Source of the DNA: Longimicrobiales bacterium
Lineage (GTDB): Bacteria > Gemmatimonadota > Gemmatimonadetes > Longimicrobiales > Gaopeijiaceae
Length of the DNA: 64,000 nt
Direction of reading: 5' to 3'
Assembly (NCBI GenBank): GCA_965248195.1
Contig: CBDFIQ010000002.1
Coordinates: 224,001 to 288,000 of the forward strand
Shown: positions 1 through 10,139 of the stretch, piece after piece
Layout of the letters: every line of letters starts with the position of its first letter
Position numbering within the stretch: the stretch's first letter is position 1
The notes under the pieces: model-generated
Database searches by the model: none
What the model was told of the DNA's origin: nothing
What the model saw: the letters and a program-made list of their open reading frames with translations, nothing else
Translations under genes and position numbers: made by a program

Positions 1-1
1 A

Positions 2-2011
2 GTGCTGAATGAGCCGGAGTTGGCGCGGGATGTCCTACGGCTCACCAACTTCTACAGCATCCGTGGGTTTCGAGATACCCGGATCGATACATTGATCGTG
101 CGTCCCTCGGAGGAGGCCGTGGAGCTGTCCTTTCAGATCGATGAAGGGCCACCTGTGCGAATTGCGAGCCTCACGGTAGAGGGCGCGGACGTTTTCGAGG
201 AGTTCGACCCAACCGCTGGACTCCCGATCCAGGTGGGGGGCTTACTCAATGCGATCGATCTCGGGGCGACCCGAGATTCTCTGATCCAGCGGTTCCGAAA
301 CCGCGGCTACCCCCGTGCGGACGTATCCCGTTCGTGGCGCCTGCCCGCGGTGAGTCCATACCAGGCGCATGTGACCTTCGAGGTCGATACGGGGCCGCAT
401 TCCGTTTTCGGACCCATCACCCTCGTCGGCAACGAAGAGCTCGACGATGATGTGATTCGCCAGTTACTCCCATTCGAGGAGGGACAGGAATATTCCGAGG
501 TGCGTACGCTCGACGCGCAACGGAACCTGTTCTCCATCGAGATGGTCCGGCGCGCATCGATCGTCGAGGTGGTGGATCCGGCGGGCGTCGTGCCTGACAG
601 TGTGATCCCACTCCAGGTACGGATCACAGAGGCGGAGATTCACAATGTGCGCTTTGGTGGGGGATGGAGCACTCTGGAGTGCGGGAACCTGGAAGGACGT
701 TGGACGAGCCGAAACTTCTATGGCGGAGCGAGACGATTCCAGCTCCGAGGGCGTGTGTCCAACCTGGCGGCCGAGCCACTCGAGGAAAGCGTTTGTCGCC
801 AAGCCGGCATCGACGAGTTCGGAGGGCTGAACTGGCTGCTGGCGGCGGAATTTTCACAACCACTGATCCGTCGGAGCGTGGCCTTCGGGCTCAACCTGTT
901 CTGGGAGCGCCAGAGCGTCCAGAACGTGTTCGTTCGCGAGGCCGTGGGTGTGGACCTCTCTCTCTATCAGGCGGTTGCCGCGAACACGTCCGTCACCTTC
1001 GCGTACCGCCCTGAACTCACCAAACTGGAGGCGGCCTCGGTCTTCTTTTGCACGTCAGTCCAAGTCTGTACGCCCGAGGACATCGCCAGCCTCCAGGAAT
1101 CGAACTGGTTGGCCCCGCTCTCCGTCAACATCGTACATTCGAACACGAACAACGTTCTGAACCCCACTCGCGGATACCAAGTCGTGCTCAACTTCGAGCA
1201 CTCATCCACCCTGACCGGTTCCGACTTTCAGTACAATCGGGCGTTGGGCGAGGCGACGGCCTACCTAACAACAGGGCGTGGCAAAGTCCTGGCAGCTCGG
1301 GTCCGGGCGGGATGGGTCGGCGCGGGCACGTTCACCTTGTTCGTGGCACGAGCCAATGTCATACACCCCCAGAAGAGGTTCTTCTCGGGGGGGGGGGATA
1401 GTGTCCGGGGGTTCGCGCAGAACCAACTCGGCCCGAGAGTGCTCACCGTAGATCCTTCTCGGCTCCTGTTCCCGAAGGATGGCACAGGGGAGGTGCCCTG
1501 CACTCCCGCCGAGGTCATGCACCTCACGTGTAACGCCAACACGTTGCGGGACGTGGCCTTCGGAACACCGCGGCCCATCGGCGGCGGCGTCGTGCTCGAG
1601 GGTGGCGTCGAGTACCGGATGGCGTTGGAACGGAATCTGGAAGCCGCCATCTTTACCGACTTCGGACGGATCTGGACGGCACCAGGGTCGGGTAAGGTGA
1701 GCGGACTCGAGATTTCCCCGGGAGTTGGGATCCGGTATCTGAGTCCTGCCGGGCCCATTCGTGTGGACTTGGGGTACCGATTCCGTGGCATCGAGCCGTT
1801 GCAGGTCGTAACCACCCAGATCCGTCCGTTCGAGGCAGGCGACGATCCCACCGACAGGGTCAGCGGCATTGTAGGCGACCAAGAAGAGGTGATCGATTAC
1901 GTGGCCACGGAGGACCTCGCGGTGCTCGATCCGAGAATCTTCTATGGTCCGCGGGCTGGCTTCTCCCTCAAGCGTTTTCAGATCCATCTCAGCATCGGAC
2001 AGGCGTTCTAG
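2..2011 (+). CDS. BamA/TamA (Omp85) family outer-membrane protein, 5'-partial
   Basis: POTRA-like N-terminal region, FFSGGGDSVRG lid motif, C-terminal 'GIRYLSPAGPIRVDLGY...HLSIGQAF'; directly upstream of a TamB-like gene. Confidence 0.9.
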   Translation: MLNEPELARDVLRLTNFYSIRGFRDTRIDTLIVRPSEEAVELSFQIDEGPPVRIASLTVEGADVFEEFDPTAGLPIQVGGLLNAIDLGATRDSLIQRFRNRGYPRADVSRSWRLPAVSPYQAHVTFEVDTGPHSVFGPITLVGNEELDDDVIRQLLPFEEGQEYSEVRTLDAQRNLFSIEMVRRASIVEVVDPAGVVPDSVIPLQVRITEAEIHNVRFGGGWSTLECGNLEGRWTSRNFYGGARRFQLRGRVSNLAAEPLEESVCRQAGIDEFGGLNWLLAAEFSQPLIRRSVAFGLNLFWERQSVQNVFVREAVGVDLSLYQAVAANTSVTFAYRPELTKLEAASVFFCTSVQVCTPEDIASLQESNWLAPLSVNIVHSNTNNVLNPTRGYQVVLNFEHSSTLTGSDFQYNRALGEATAYLTTGRGKVLAARVRAGWVGAGTFTLFVARANVIHPQKRFFSGGGDSVRGFAQNQLGPRVLTVDPSRLLFPKDGTGEVPCTPAEVMHLTCNANTLRDVAFGTPRPIGGGVVLEGGVEYRMALERNLEAAIFTDFGRIWTAPGSGKVSGLEISPGVGIRYLSPAGPIRVDLGYRFRGIEPLQVVTTQIRPFEAGDDPTDRVSGIVGDQEEVIDYVATEDLAVLDPRIFYGPRAGFSLKRFQIHLSIGQAF

Positions 2012-5000
2012 TGTCCAAGACGCGACGGCTTCGGGCGAGGAAGGTGTTGAAGATGGTGGCCGGTGTTCTGATGACGCTCGGTGTAGGAGCGATCGCCGGC
2101 GTGGTTATCCTCACCCTCACGAGCGCCGGGCAGACGTTCGTGATGGAGCAGGCGCTCAGGCGAATCGAGGGGACCCTCAATGGCGAGATCACGGTTTCCG
2201 GCTTGCGGTCTCCGGGACTCCACAGAGGAGTCCGTCTGCTCGGGCTTCGGTTAACGGCGCCGGACGGGAGTTCACTATTGGCAGTGGACTCGGTCGACGC
2301 CGAATACTCCCTCCGGACGATACTGAGCGGCGAGCTCGCTCTTGCCGGCGTCACCCTCTGGCGGCCCAGACTCACCATCACGAAGCAGGCTCCGGATCAG
2401 CCGGTCAATCTTGCGGCCTTCCTGTACGGCGATGGGTCGCCGGCGCAGAAGCTTGGTGCCGGAGGGGGGCCGGCCGAGGCTGCGGTGAGGTTCCTTCTCG
2501 ACGTGGTCGAGATCCAGGACGGCAGCGTCGAGGTACGTTATCCAGTCCCGGCCTCACGAGATCCTTCTTCGCGCTTGATGACGGAGCCCGGACCGGCCGG
2601 ACAGGGTGTCCAGCGGGTCTTCAGTTTCCATGGAATCGACGGTCGCTTCGACGGGGTGGTGGTGGCTGATCCGGCCGTGGAGGGTATCCGGATGAACGTG
2701 ACCGGTCTCAGCTTCGTAGGTGAGGTCTTTGAAGAGCCGGTCCAGGTCCAGGATTTTGATGGAACATTCGCCTGGTCCGGGAACCGGATCTTGGTCGAAG
2801 CTGAAACGGTGAGCCTCCTAAGTGGCACCGCCAGCGGATCTGCGGCCATCGAGTTGGTCGAGGGTAGTGTGCCCGATCTCACCGTCGACGCGCTCCTGGA
2901 CGGCGTGGATCTACCCGAGTTGCGGTGGCTCGAACCTCGCTTGCCCGATGCTCGCGCCAGTGGGCGGCTTGCGGTGGGGTTCGGATCTCAGGGTCTGCGT
3001 GCGAGCTGGTCGGGTGCGAGGCTTGCGATCGGCGGAGGCGAAATCGAGGCGGACGGTGCGCTGAGCCAGGCCTCGGGCGGAGAGTTGGCCCTCGAGGACG
3101 TCACCCTGGAGGTTTCCGCGGTACGGGTGTCCGCCCTGGAGAAGTTCATATCGGTCACACTACCCCCGGAGGGACGGCTGTCCGGAAACCTAGAGATCTC
3201 CGGCACGATGGACTCTGTGGCCGTGTCCGGTCGAATGGACTTATTGGAACCAGGCGTGAGTCCGACGAGCGGAGAGATCGATGGCGTGCTTCACCTTCGG
3301 CGTCCGCGGGGCGTCACCGGAATGACGGCTCGGCTGACGGCCCTGGATCTAGGTCTCGTCAATCGGATGGCCGAAGGGCTGATGGTGGATGGCGCCGTGA
3401 ATCTCGAGATTCGGGCGGATGGTTGGCTGGAAACCGGCGTTCGGGTGGTCGTGGTGACCACCTTTCCGGAACCCGACCCGGAGGAATCCTACGTTTCGCT
3501 CGAGGGAAGCCTCACGGAGGTCGATGGGGAACTTCAAATCGCGCTCGATGGCGAGCTCGATCCTTTCTCGATTGCGGATGTCGTTAGCGACGATTCGCCC
3601 CTCTCCCGGCTCGGATTAATACGCGGAACGGTTCATGCCGAGGGGTCTCTGTCGGACCTCATGCTCCGGAGCGACCTGACGACCGAGGAAGGCCGGCTCA
3701 CTCTGGAGAGCCGCTTCGATGCCCGATCCCCGTTCGCATCCTATCGGCTTCGGGGCGAAGCCGACGATTTCGATCCCCTGGAGGTGGCTCCCTGGCTCGC
3801 CGGAGGCACCCTACTGTCCGGCTCCTTCGATCTCTTGGGTGAGGGTGGTGATCTGAGGATGGCAGAACTGGTCGGGACCCTTTGGCTCCAGGAGTCACGT
3901 TTCGCGAACCTGCCGGTCGACAGCGTTTCGATCGAGCTGCGGATCTTGAACGGAATCGTCACCGTGGACGACGTTCAGGGTCGGATCGGGGGCGTGGTGG
4001 TGGAGGGGGGCGGCCAACTTGCGGTAGCAGGGAATGCCGGCCTCGAGGCTGTTCGACTGAGCTTCGAGACAGGAAGCCTCGAAGGCCTTCGTCCGCTTCT
4101 GCGCGGTGGCGACGTGATCGCGGGCGATACGCTCACGGTGCTGGAGCGCCAGATTCTCGAGTTCGAGGGCATCGATCCGGACACGCTCCGGACGCTCGCC
4201 GAGGTGATGGTCTCAGGGAGGATGGCAGGTGAGCTGACGATGACGGGTTCAGTCGAAAACCTCTCGATCATCGGGCGAGCAGCGGTGGACGACGCCCTTT
4301 ATGTGGGGAATCGCGTGGGGCAAGCCGAGGTCTCTTTTTCGGCGACGAACCTTTTTTCTCCCGAGCGCGAGGTGTCTGCTCAGATCGATGCGGGTGCGAT
4401 ACGCGTTCTTCAGAGAGAGTTCGATTCGGTTTCGGTGAACGTCCGCTATCGAGAGCCGAGCGGGAACGTGAATGTGTTCCTGGTCCGATCCCCGGAAGAG
4501 AGCTATTCGGGCCTCCTCACCTTTGACGAGGAGGGTGACGTACGCACGCTACACTTGGATGAATTGGTGTTCCGCTTCCCGGAGGAGCGCTGGAATCTCG
4601 GTGCACCCGCTACCATCTCGTGGGATCCGGACGGCCTCACGTTCAGAGATTTCCGGCTGAGGCGTCCCGGAGTGGGCGGCATGCGGCTGCGGGCTCAAGG
4701 GCGGATTCCGTTCTATGGAGAGGCCGATTTTGGGCTGGAGGCCGAGGCTCTCGACATCCGTCTCATCGCTCATGCCCTTCAGTTGGATGAGGTGCTCGAG
4801 GGCGTCGTCGATCTGGAATTTAATGTGATGGGCACGGATGACGAGCCTGTGATGGACCTGGCCCTCTCGACCGATGGCTTTCGTTTCCGGGACTACGCGC
4901 TCGACCGGATCGAAGCTGAAGTGGCCTACACAGGCCGAAGGGCGGAAGGGGATGTGGTACTGTGGAAGGATTCGCTCCAAGTACTCACCTTGGACGGAGA

Positions 5001-6528
5001 ACTTCCTCTGGATCTGTCGTTCAACGCCGTCGAGGACCGCTTTCCCGAAGAGGTGATCGATCTCGTGGTCGTGTCGGACCGGTTGCCGCTTTCACTGTTG
5101 ATGGCGCCGTTCCGGGGCTATCAGGAGGTGGAGGGGACGATGTCCGGGCGCATCGAGGTGGTGGGCACGTCGAGAAGCCTCGCTCCCCGAGGCCAGATTA
5201 CTGTGGAGGGAGGCAGAGCCTTTTTGAGTGGCCTCGGCGTACAGCAGGAGGACGTGAGCGGCACGCTCGACTGGTTCCCGGATGGGCGGCTGGAGGTTGA
5301 CATGAGTGCCCGGGCAGTTGGGACGGCCGCCATTGAGGGCACGGTGACGCTCACGACCGCATTGGATCCTGGATTCGCGTTGGCCATCCGCCTTGACGAT
5401 TTCCAGGCCTTGGACCGCCGTGACGCGACGGGCCGTTTGAGCGGTGATCTGCGCCTTGATGGATCCTTCTCGCGGCCGGTGGTCTCCGGCGATCTCTTTC
5501 TGGATGACGGAACCCTGTTTTACGAGGAGTTCCAGAGGGCAGCCGAGGTGGCCGATCTCTTCTTCGAGCGTGCCGCCGGGGTGGCGGATCTGCCAGCGCT
5601 CGACGCGTTGGATTCGGGTTTACGTCCGATCATCGCCGGTGGAAATCCTTTCCTCCAGAACATCCGGATGGAAAACACGACGTTGACGGCCCGGCGCGAC
5701 AATTGGATCCGCAGCGAGCAGATGAATGTCGAGTTAGAAGGCGAGGTCGACCTACTCTACGACCGGCAGACTCAGGACCTTGCCCTCGTCGGCGATCTAC
5801 AGGCCGTACGTGGATCGTTGGGGTTTGGCCCTCGGGGCCTCCGGAAGCAGTTTCAGGTGGACGGGGGCACGGTGCGGTTTCTGGGGACGCCGGGGCTCAA
5901 CCCCGACCTGGACCTCACCGCAAGCGAACCCGTCAGGACGCCGGAGGGGGACCGGCTCACGATCATCGCTGAAGTTACCGGAACGCTCGTATCACCTAGA
6001 GTCGCACTCCGGAGTGACGAGGCGGGGTTCACCGAGGACGATCTGCTGAGTTACCTCTGGTTCGGTCGCCCGACGTACGCCCTGACTTCGGACCAGAGTG
6101 AAGCGGTGGGAGCAGGTTTGGCCGTTGGCCTAAATACCCTCAGTAGCGGGCTCGGGACGGTGATGACACAGGGCTTGGGGCTGGATTTCTTGGATTACCT
6201 TTCCATCACCCAGCAGGATCTGGGGTCGTTGGGGTCGCTCAGCGCCAACAACGTGCAAGGGGCTCTGGGTACGACGGTGGTCGAGACCGGCTTCTACGTG
6301 GCCGACGATATCTTCCTGACGCTGCTGTTCCGGCCCGCCTCGGCGCAGGGAGGTGGCGTGGAAAGCTTCCCCGGAATCCGTTTCGAGTGGGTGGCGTCCC
6401 GAGGGTACACGCTACAATCCTACTTTGAGGACCAGTTCTTCAGGGGTCGTTCCGTGGGCTTCGGCGAGTTCGGAGTGCAGACCAAGAAGGGGCTGGGACT
6501 CTCGATCTTCCGAGACTGGAGCTACTGA
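2011..6528 (+). CDS. tamB: Translocation/assembly module TamB (AsmA-like) protein
   Basis: 1505 aa, N-terminal membrane anchor, beta-rich body, C-terminal 'NPDLDLTA...GTLVSPRVALRS...LLSYLWFG' typical of DUF490; GTG start overlaps the upstream stop. Confidence 0.85.
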   Translation: MSKTRRLRARKVLKMVAGVLMTLGVGAIAGVVILTLTSAGQTFVMEQALRRIEGTLNGEITVSGLRSPGLHRGVRLLGLRLTAPDGSSLLAVDSVDAEYSLRTILSGELALAGVTLWRPRLTITKQAPDQPVNLAAFLYGDGSPAQKLGAGGGPAEAAVRFLLDVVEIQDGSVEVRYPVPASRDPSSRLMTEPGPAGQGVQRVFSFHGIDGRFDGVVVADPAVEGIRMNVTGLSFVGEVFEEPVQVQDFDGTFAWSGNRILVEAETVSLLSGTASGSAAIELVEGSVPDLTVDALLDGVDLPELRWLEPRLPDARASGRLAVGFGSQGLRASWSGARLAIGGGEIEADGALSQASGGELALEDVTLEVSAVRVSALEKFISVTLPPEGRLSGNLEISGTMDSVAVSGRMDLLEPGVSPTSGEIDGVLHLRRPRGVTGMTARLTALDLGLVNRMAEGLMVDGAVNLEIRADGWLETGVRVVVVTTFPEPDPEESYVSLEGSLTEVDGELQIALDGELDPFSIADVVSDDSPLSRLGLIRGTVHAEGSLSDLMLRSDLTTEEGRLTLESRFDARSPFASYRLRGEADDFDPLEVAPWLAGGTLLSGSFDLLGEGGDLRMAELVGTLWLQESRFANLPVDSVSIELRILNGIVTVDDVQGRIGGVVVEGGGQLAVAGNAGLEAVRLSFETGSLEGLRPLLRGGDVIAGDTLTVLERQILEFEGIDPDTLRTLAEVMVSGRMAGELTMTGSVENLSIIGRAAVDDALYVGNRVGQAEVSFSATNLFSPEREVSAQIDAGAIRVLQREFDSVSVNVRYREPSGNVNVFLVRSPEESYSGLLTFDEEGDVRTLHLDELVFRFPEERWNLGAPATISWDPDGLTFRDFRLRRPGVGGMRLRAQGRIPFYGEADFGLEAEALDIRLIAHALQLDEVLEGVVDLEFNVMGTDDEPVMDLALSTDGFRFRDYALDRIEAEVAYTGRRAEGDVVLWKDSLQVLTLDGELPLDLSFNAVEDRFPEEVIDLVVVSDRLPLSLLMAPFRGYQEVEGTMSGRIEVVGTSRSLAPRGQITVEGGRAFLSGLGVQQEDVSGTLDWFPDGRLEVDMSARAVGTAAIEGTVTLTTALDPGFALAIRLDDFQALDRRDATGRLSGDLRLDGSFSRPVVSGDLFLDDGTLFYEEFQRAAEVADLFFERAAGVADLPALDALDSGLRPIIAGGNPFLQNIRMENTTLTARRDNWIRSEQMNVELEGEVDLLYDRQTQDLALVGDLQAVRGSLGFGPRGLRKQFQVDGGTVRFLGTPGLNPDLDLTASEPVRTPEGDRLTIIAEVTGTLVSPRVALRSDEAGFTEDDLLSYLWFGRPTYALTSDQSEAVGAGLAVGLNTLSSGLGTVMTQGLGLDFLDYLSITQQDLGSLGSLSANNVQGALGTTVVETGFYVADDIFLTLLFRPASAQGGGVESFPGIRFEWVASRGYTLQSYFEDQFFRGRSVGFGEFGVQTKKGLGLSIFRDWSY

Positions 6529-6631
6529 TTTAACCGCGGTTTGGACCGATACGCCGACACCGCGCTCCCCCGGGCCTCTCCCTGCAAGTGAATCCCCGAG
6601 GCGGCCCTCTCCTTTACGTTTGGCCGCCCCT

Positions 6632-6660
6632 TTGAAGCAAGACGCCGTCTTCGATATTCT
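6632..6660 (+). promoter_or_regulatory. Putative sigma70 promoter of uvrA (TTGAAG-17-TATTCT) with a palindrome in the spacer
   Basis: -35 at 6632-6637, -10 at 6655-6660, ATG 8 nt downstream; AAGACG-C-CGTCTT inverted repeat at 6639-6651. Confidence 0.55.
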
Positions 6661-6668
6661 ACAGGGCT

Positions 6669-9563
6669 ATGGCCCAAGAATTTCTTGTCGTGCGCGGTGC
6701 AAGGGAGCACAACCTCCGTAACGTCGACGTCGAGCTCCCCCGGGGGGGCTTGATCGTGATCACGGGACTGTCCGGGTCCGGTAAGTCTTCCCTCGCTTTC
6801 GACACTATCTACGCAGAGGGCCAACGCCGCTACGTGGAGTCCCTCTCGGCGTATGCCCGCCAGTTCCTGGGGCTCATGGAGAAGCCCGACGTCGACTCGA
6901 TCGAGGGCCTCTCTCCGGCCATCTCCATCGAACAGAAGACGGTGAGCCGAAATCCGCGGTCGACCGTGGGGACCGTGACGGAGGTCTACGACTATCTACG
7001 GCTCCTCTGGGCTCGCGTGGGCGTCCCGCACTGCACTGAGTGCGGCAGGCCGGTTCTTCGGCAGTCGGTGTCCCAGATCGTGGAGCGGCTGCTGCTTCTC
7101 GACGAGGGGGCCAAAATTCAGGTGCTGGCGCCTCTGGTTCGAGGCAGGAAGGGTGAGTTCCGCGATCTCTTCGAGAAGGCTCGAAAGGAGGGGTTCGTGC
7201 GGGCCGTTGTCGACGGCGAGATGATCGATCTCTCTGACCCGCCCGCGCTCAACCGATATGAGAACCACGACATCGCGATCGTGGTGGACCGACTGGTCCT
7301 TCGGCCGGAGGATCGGGAGCGGCTGGCCGACTCCGTGGAGACGGCGCTCCGGTCCGCCGAGGGTACGGTGGAGGTCCGGGAGGCGAAGGGGCGTTCACGC
7401 GTGTCGCACTTCTTCAGCGAGTCCTACGCCTGTGCGCACTGCGGCACCAGCCTGCCCGAGATCGAGCCTCGGCAATTCTCCTTCAACTCGCCCTACGGGG
7501 CGTGCCAAGAATGTGGTGGGCTCGGGACCAGCAAGCACGTCAATCCGGACCTGCTCCTCGCGGACGGGAGCATCTCTCTCCTCGAAGGGGTCGTGCTACC
7601 GTGGGGCGAGCCCTCGGGACACCTTCGGACCTCGGTGATCGCGGGACTGGCCGAGGCCTACGAGTTCGACCCCCGGAGTCCTTGGAAAAAAATTCCGGAG
7701 GAGGCGCGTCACGCCATCATGCACGGTTCGGACCGGATGAAGATCCGTTTTCCGTACCGCGCTGGGTCCGGAAGCGCTCAGGGCCACTATGAAGACACTT
7801 GGGACGGGGTGATCGACAACGTTGAGCGTCGCTATAAGGAGACCAAGTCCGATTCGGTACGCACCCAGCTTCACGATTACATGTCGACGCTCACATGCAC
7901 GGCGTGTGGCGGGAGCCGGCTGAGGGCGGAGTCTTTGGCCGTGACGATCGCGAGCCGATCCCTCGGCGAGATCGTCGATCTTTCCATCGCCGAGGCACTC
8001 GAGTTCTTCCGGGGCCTTCCGGTGGACGAGCCGATAGGCTCGGGGGTGGACCGCCATGCACTGCACGGAGAGATCGCGACGCCGATCCTGAAGGAGATTC
8101 AGGAGAGGCTCGGCTTTCTCAACGATGTGGGCTTGAATTACCTGACACTTGGCCGTTCCGCGGACTCCCTCTCCGGGGGCGAGTCTCAGCGGATTCGCCT
8201 GGCCACCCAGATCGGGAGCCGCTTGGTGGGCGTGCTCTACATCCTGGACGAGCCCTCCGTGGGACTCCATCAGAAGGACAACCGGCGTCTTCTGGAGACC
8301 CTTCAGGCGCTCCGCGACTTGGGCAACACCGTGATTGTGGTCGAACACGACGAGGAGACGATCCGGGTCGCCGACCACATTGTGGACCTGGGACCCGGAG
8401 CCGGACGTGCGGGTGGAGAGGTCGTGGTTCAGGGGTCCCTGGCCGATGTGCTCGCGGAAGAGGCGTCCCTCACGGGAGCGTATCTGGAGGGTCGGCGGCG
8501 GATTCCGATCCCGGATCGGCGCAGGGAGGGCGATGGGGATCGCGCGCTCCATCTGCGAGGCGCGAGCGAGCACAATTTGTGTGATCTAGACGTGGCCATC
8601 CCCCTCGGCTGCTTCGTTGCGGTGACCGGCGTAAGTGGATCGGGTAAGTCTACGCTCATCAACCAGACACTCTATCGGGCGCTGGCCCGGCACCTGTATC
8701 GGAGCAAGGTGGTCCCCGGGCGCCACGATGGGATCGACGGGATCGAATGGATCGACAAGGTGATCGAGGTCGACCAGTCGCCGATCGGCCGTACACCGAG
8801 GTCGAACCCCGCGACCTATACAGGCCTGTTTACGCCGATCAGGGAGCTGTTCTCCAGCCTTCCCGAGTCCCAGATAAGGGGGTACGGACCCGGCCGTTTC
8901 TCCTTCAACGTGAAGGGGGGCCGCTGCGAGGCTTGCCAGGGGGACGGCCTGGTGAAGATCGAAATGCATTTTCTCCCCGACGTCTACGTGCCGTGCGATG
9001 TATGCCGTGGAAGGCGCTATAACCGGGAAACTCTGGACGTTTTCTACAAGGGGAAGAACATCGCCGACGTGCTGGACATGACGGTCGACGAGGCCCTCGG
9101 ATTCTTCGAAGCCGTGCCACGGCTCAGGGCGAAGCTCGCGACGCTTTCGAACGTGGGATTGGGATACATTCACCTCGGGCAGTCGGCGACCACGCTTTCC
9201 GGTGGAGAGGCGCAACGCGTGAAGCTATCCAGCGAGCTGTCGAAGCGGGCCACCGGGAGCACACTGTACATTCTCGACGAGCCGACGACCGGCCTCCACT
9301 TCGAAGACATCCGCGTTCTCTTGGAAGTGCTCCACAGGCTAGTAGAGAAGGGCAACACGGTGCTCGTGATCGAGCACAACCTGGAGGTCATCAAAACGGC
9401 GGACTGGATCATCGACCTCGGCCCCGAAGGGGGAGGCGCCGGCGGACGGATCGTGGCCGAAGGGACACCCGAGATGATTGCCGAGGAGCGGAGTTCCCAC
9501 ACTGGTCGATACCTCGGACCTCTTCTGGGCGTGGAGTCGCGGGGGGCTACTCGTTCATGTTAG
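6669..9563 (+). CDS. uvrA: Excinuclease ABC subunit A
   Basis: GAREHNL, two Walker A motifs (GLSGSGKS, GVSGSGKS), two LSGGE signatures, zinc fingers. Confidence 0.99.
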   Translation: MAQEFLVVRGAREHNLRNVDVELPRGGLIVITGLSGSGKSSLAFDTIYAEGQRRYVESLSAYARQFLGLMEKPDVDSIEGLSPAISIEQKTVSRNPRSTVGTVTEVYDYLRLLWARVGVPHCTECGRPVLRQSVSQIVERLLLLDEGAKIQVLAPLVRGRKGEFRDLFEKARKEGFVRAVVDGEMIDLSDPPALNRYENHDIAIVVDRLVLRPEDRERLADSVETALRSAEGTVEVREAKGRSRVSHFFSESYACAHCGTSLPEIEPRQFSFNSPYGACQECGGLGTSKHVNPDLLLADGSISLLEGVVLPWGEPSGHLRTSVIAGLAEAYEFDPRSPWKKIPEEARHAIMHGSDRMKIRFPYRAGSGSAQGHYEDTWDGVIDNVERRYKETKSDSVRTQLHDYMSTLTCTACGGSRLRAESLAVTIASRSLGEIVDLSIAEALEFFRGLPVDEPIGSGVDRHALHGEIATPILKEIQERLGFLNDVGLNYLTLGRSADSLSGGESQRIRLATQIGSRLVGVLYILDEPSVGLHQKDNRRLLETLQALRDLGNTVIVVEHDEETIRVADHIVDLGPGAGRAGGEVVVQGSLADVLAEEASLTGAYLEGRRRIPIPDRRREGDGDRALHLRGASEHNLCDLDVAIPLGCFVAVTGVSGSGKSTLINQTLYRALARHLYRSKVVPGRHDGIDGIEWIDKVIEVDQSPIGRTPRSNPATYTGLFTPIRELFSSLPESQIRGYGPGRFSFNVKGGRCEACQGDGLVKIEMHFLPDVYVPCDVCRGRRYNRETLDVFYKGKNIADVLDMTVDEALGFFEAVPRLRAKLATLSNVGLGYIHLGQSATTLSGGEAQRVKLSSELSKRATGSTLYILDEPTTGLHFEDIRVLLEVLHRLVEKGNTVLVIEHNLEVIKTADWIIDLGPEGGGAGGRIVAEGTPEMIAEERSSHTGRYLGPLLGVESRGATRSC

Positions 9564-9723
9564 AATTAGAACCACATCCTGAGGATTTCGGTGGGCATCC
9601 TAGACGGCGCGGAAACCGCGTCCCTTCGATGTCCGTAGGGAAGGAGCCCGCTGGATTCGGGTCTGTCGTCGAACTGTCTGCCCGCGGCCGCAAAAACGAG
9701 CCGCACAGAGTACGGAGTCGATC

Positions 9724-10134
9724 ATGGTAACTCGAGAGGATCTCGAGAGCTTCCTCATTCGCATGGATATGGACTGGAATGAGGTCGATGAGGGAATGTT
9801 TCTGGTGCAGAGTCCGAGTGGCGGCGTGGTCGTCCACTTCTCCGATCCCGTGCTGCTGGTGCGCCTGAAGGTAATGGACCTTCCGAACAGCGACTCGGAG
9901 CTAGCGGAGCTCTACCGGGCCCTGCTCGAGCTGAACGCCACCGACATCGTGCACGGGGCGTACGGCATCGAAGACGGAGAGTTGATCCTGACCGACACCT
10001 TGGAGTTGCAGAATTTGGATTTCGAAGAACTACAGGCGTCGGTGGAGAGCCTCCAGTTTGCGGCCGCGAGTCACCTCGGGCGAATCAAGGTTCTCGCCGG
10101 GGCGGACGACGGCGGTTCGGAAGGAGAGGACTGA
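9724..10134 (+). CDS. YbjN/CesT-like (type III chaperone fold) protein
   Basis: 136 aa, acidic, 'LYRALLELNA..IVHGAYGI' pattern of the CesT/YbjN fold; 5 nt upstream of pspA. Confidence 0.65.
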   Translation: MVTREDLESFLIRMDMDWNEVDEGMFLVQSPSGGVVVHFSDPVLLVRLKVMDLPNSDSELAELYRALLELNATDIVHGAYGIEDGELILTDTLELQNLDFEELQASVESLQFAAASHLGRIKVLAGADDGGSEGED

Positions 10135-10139
10135 GGCAA

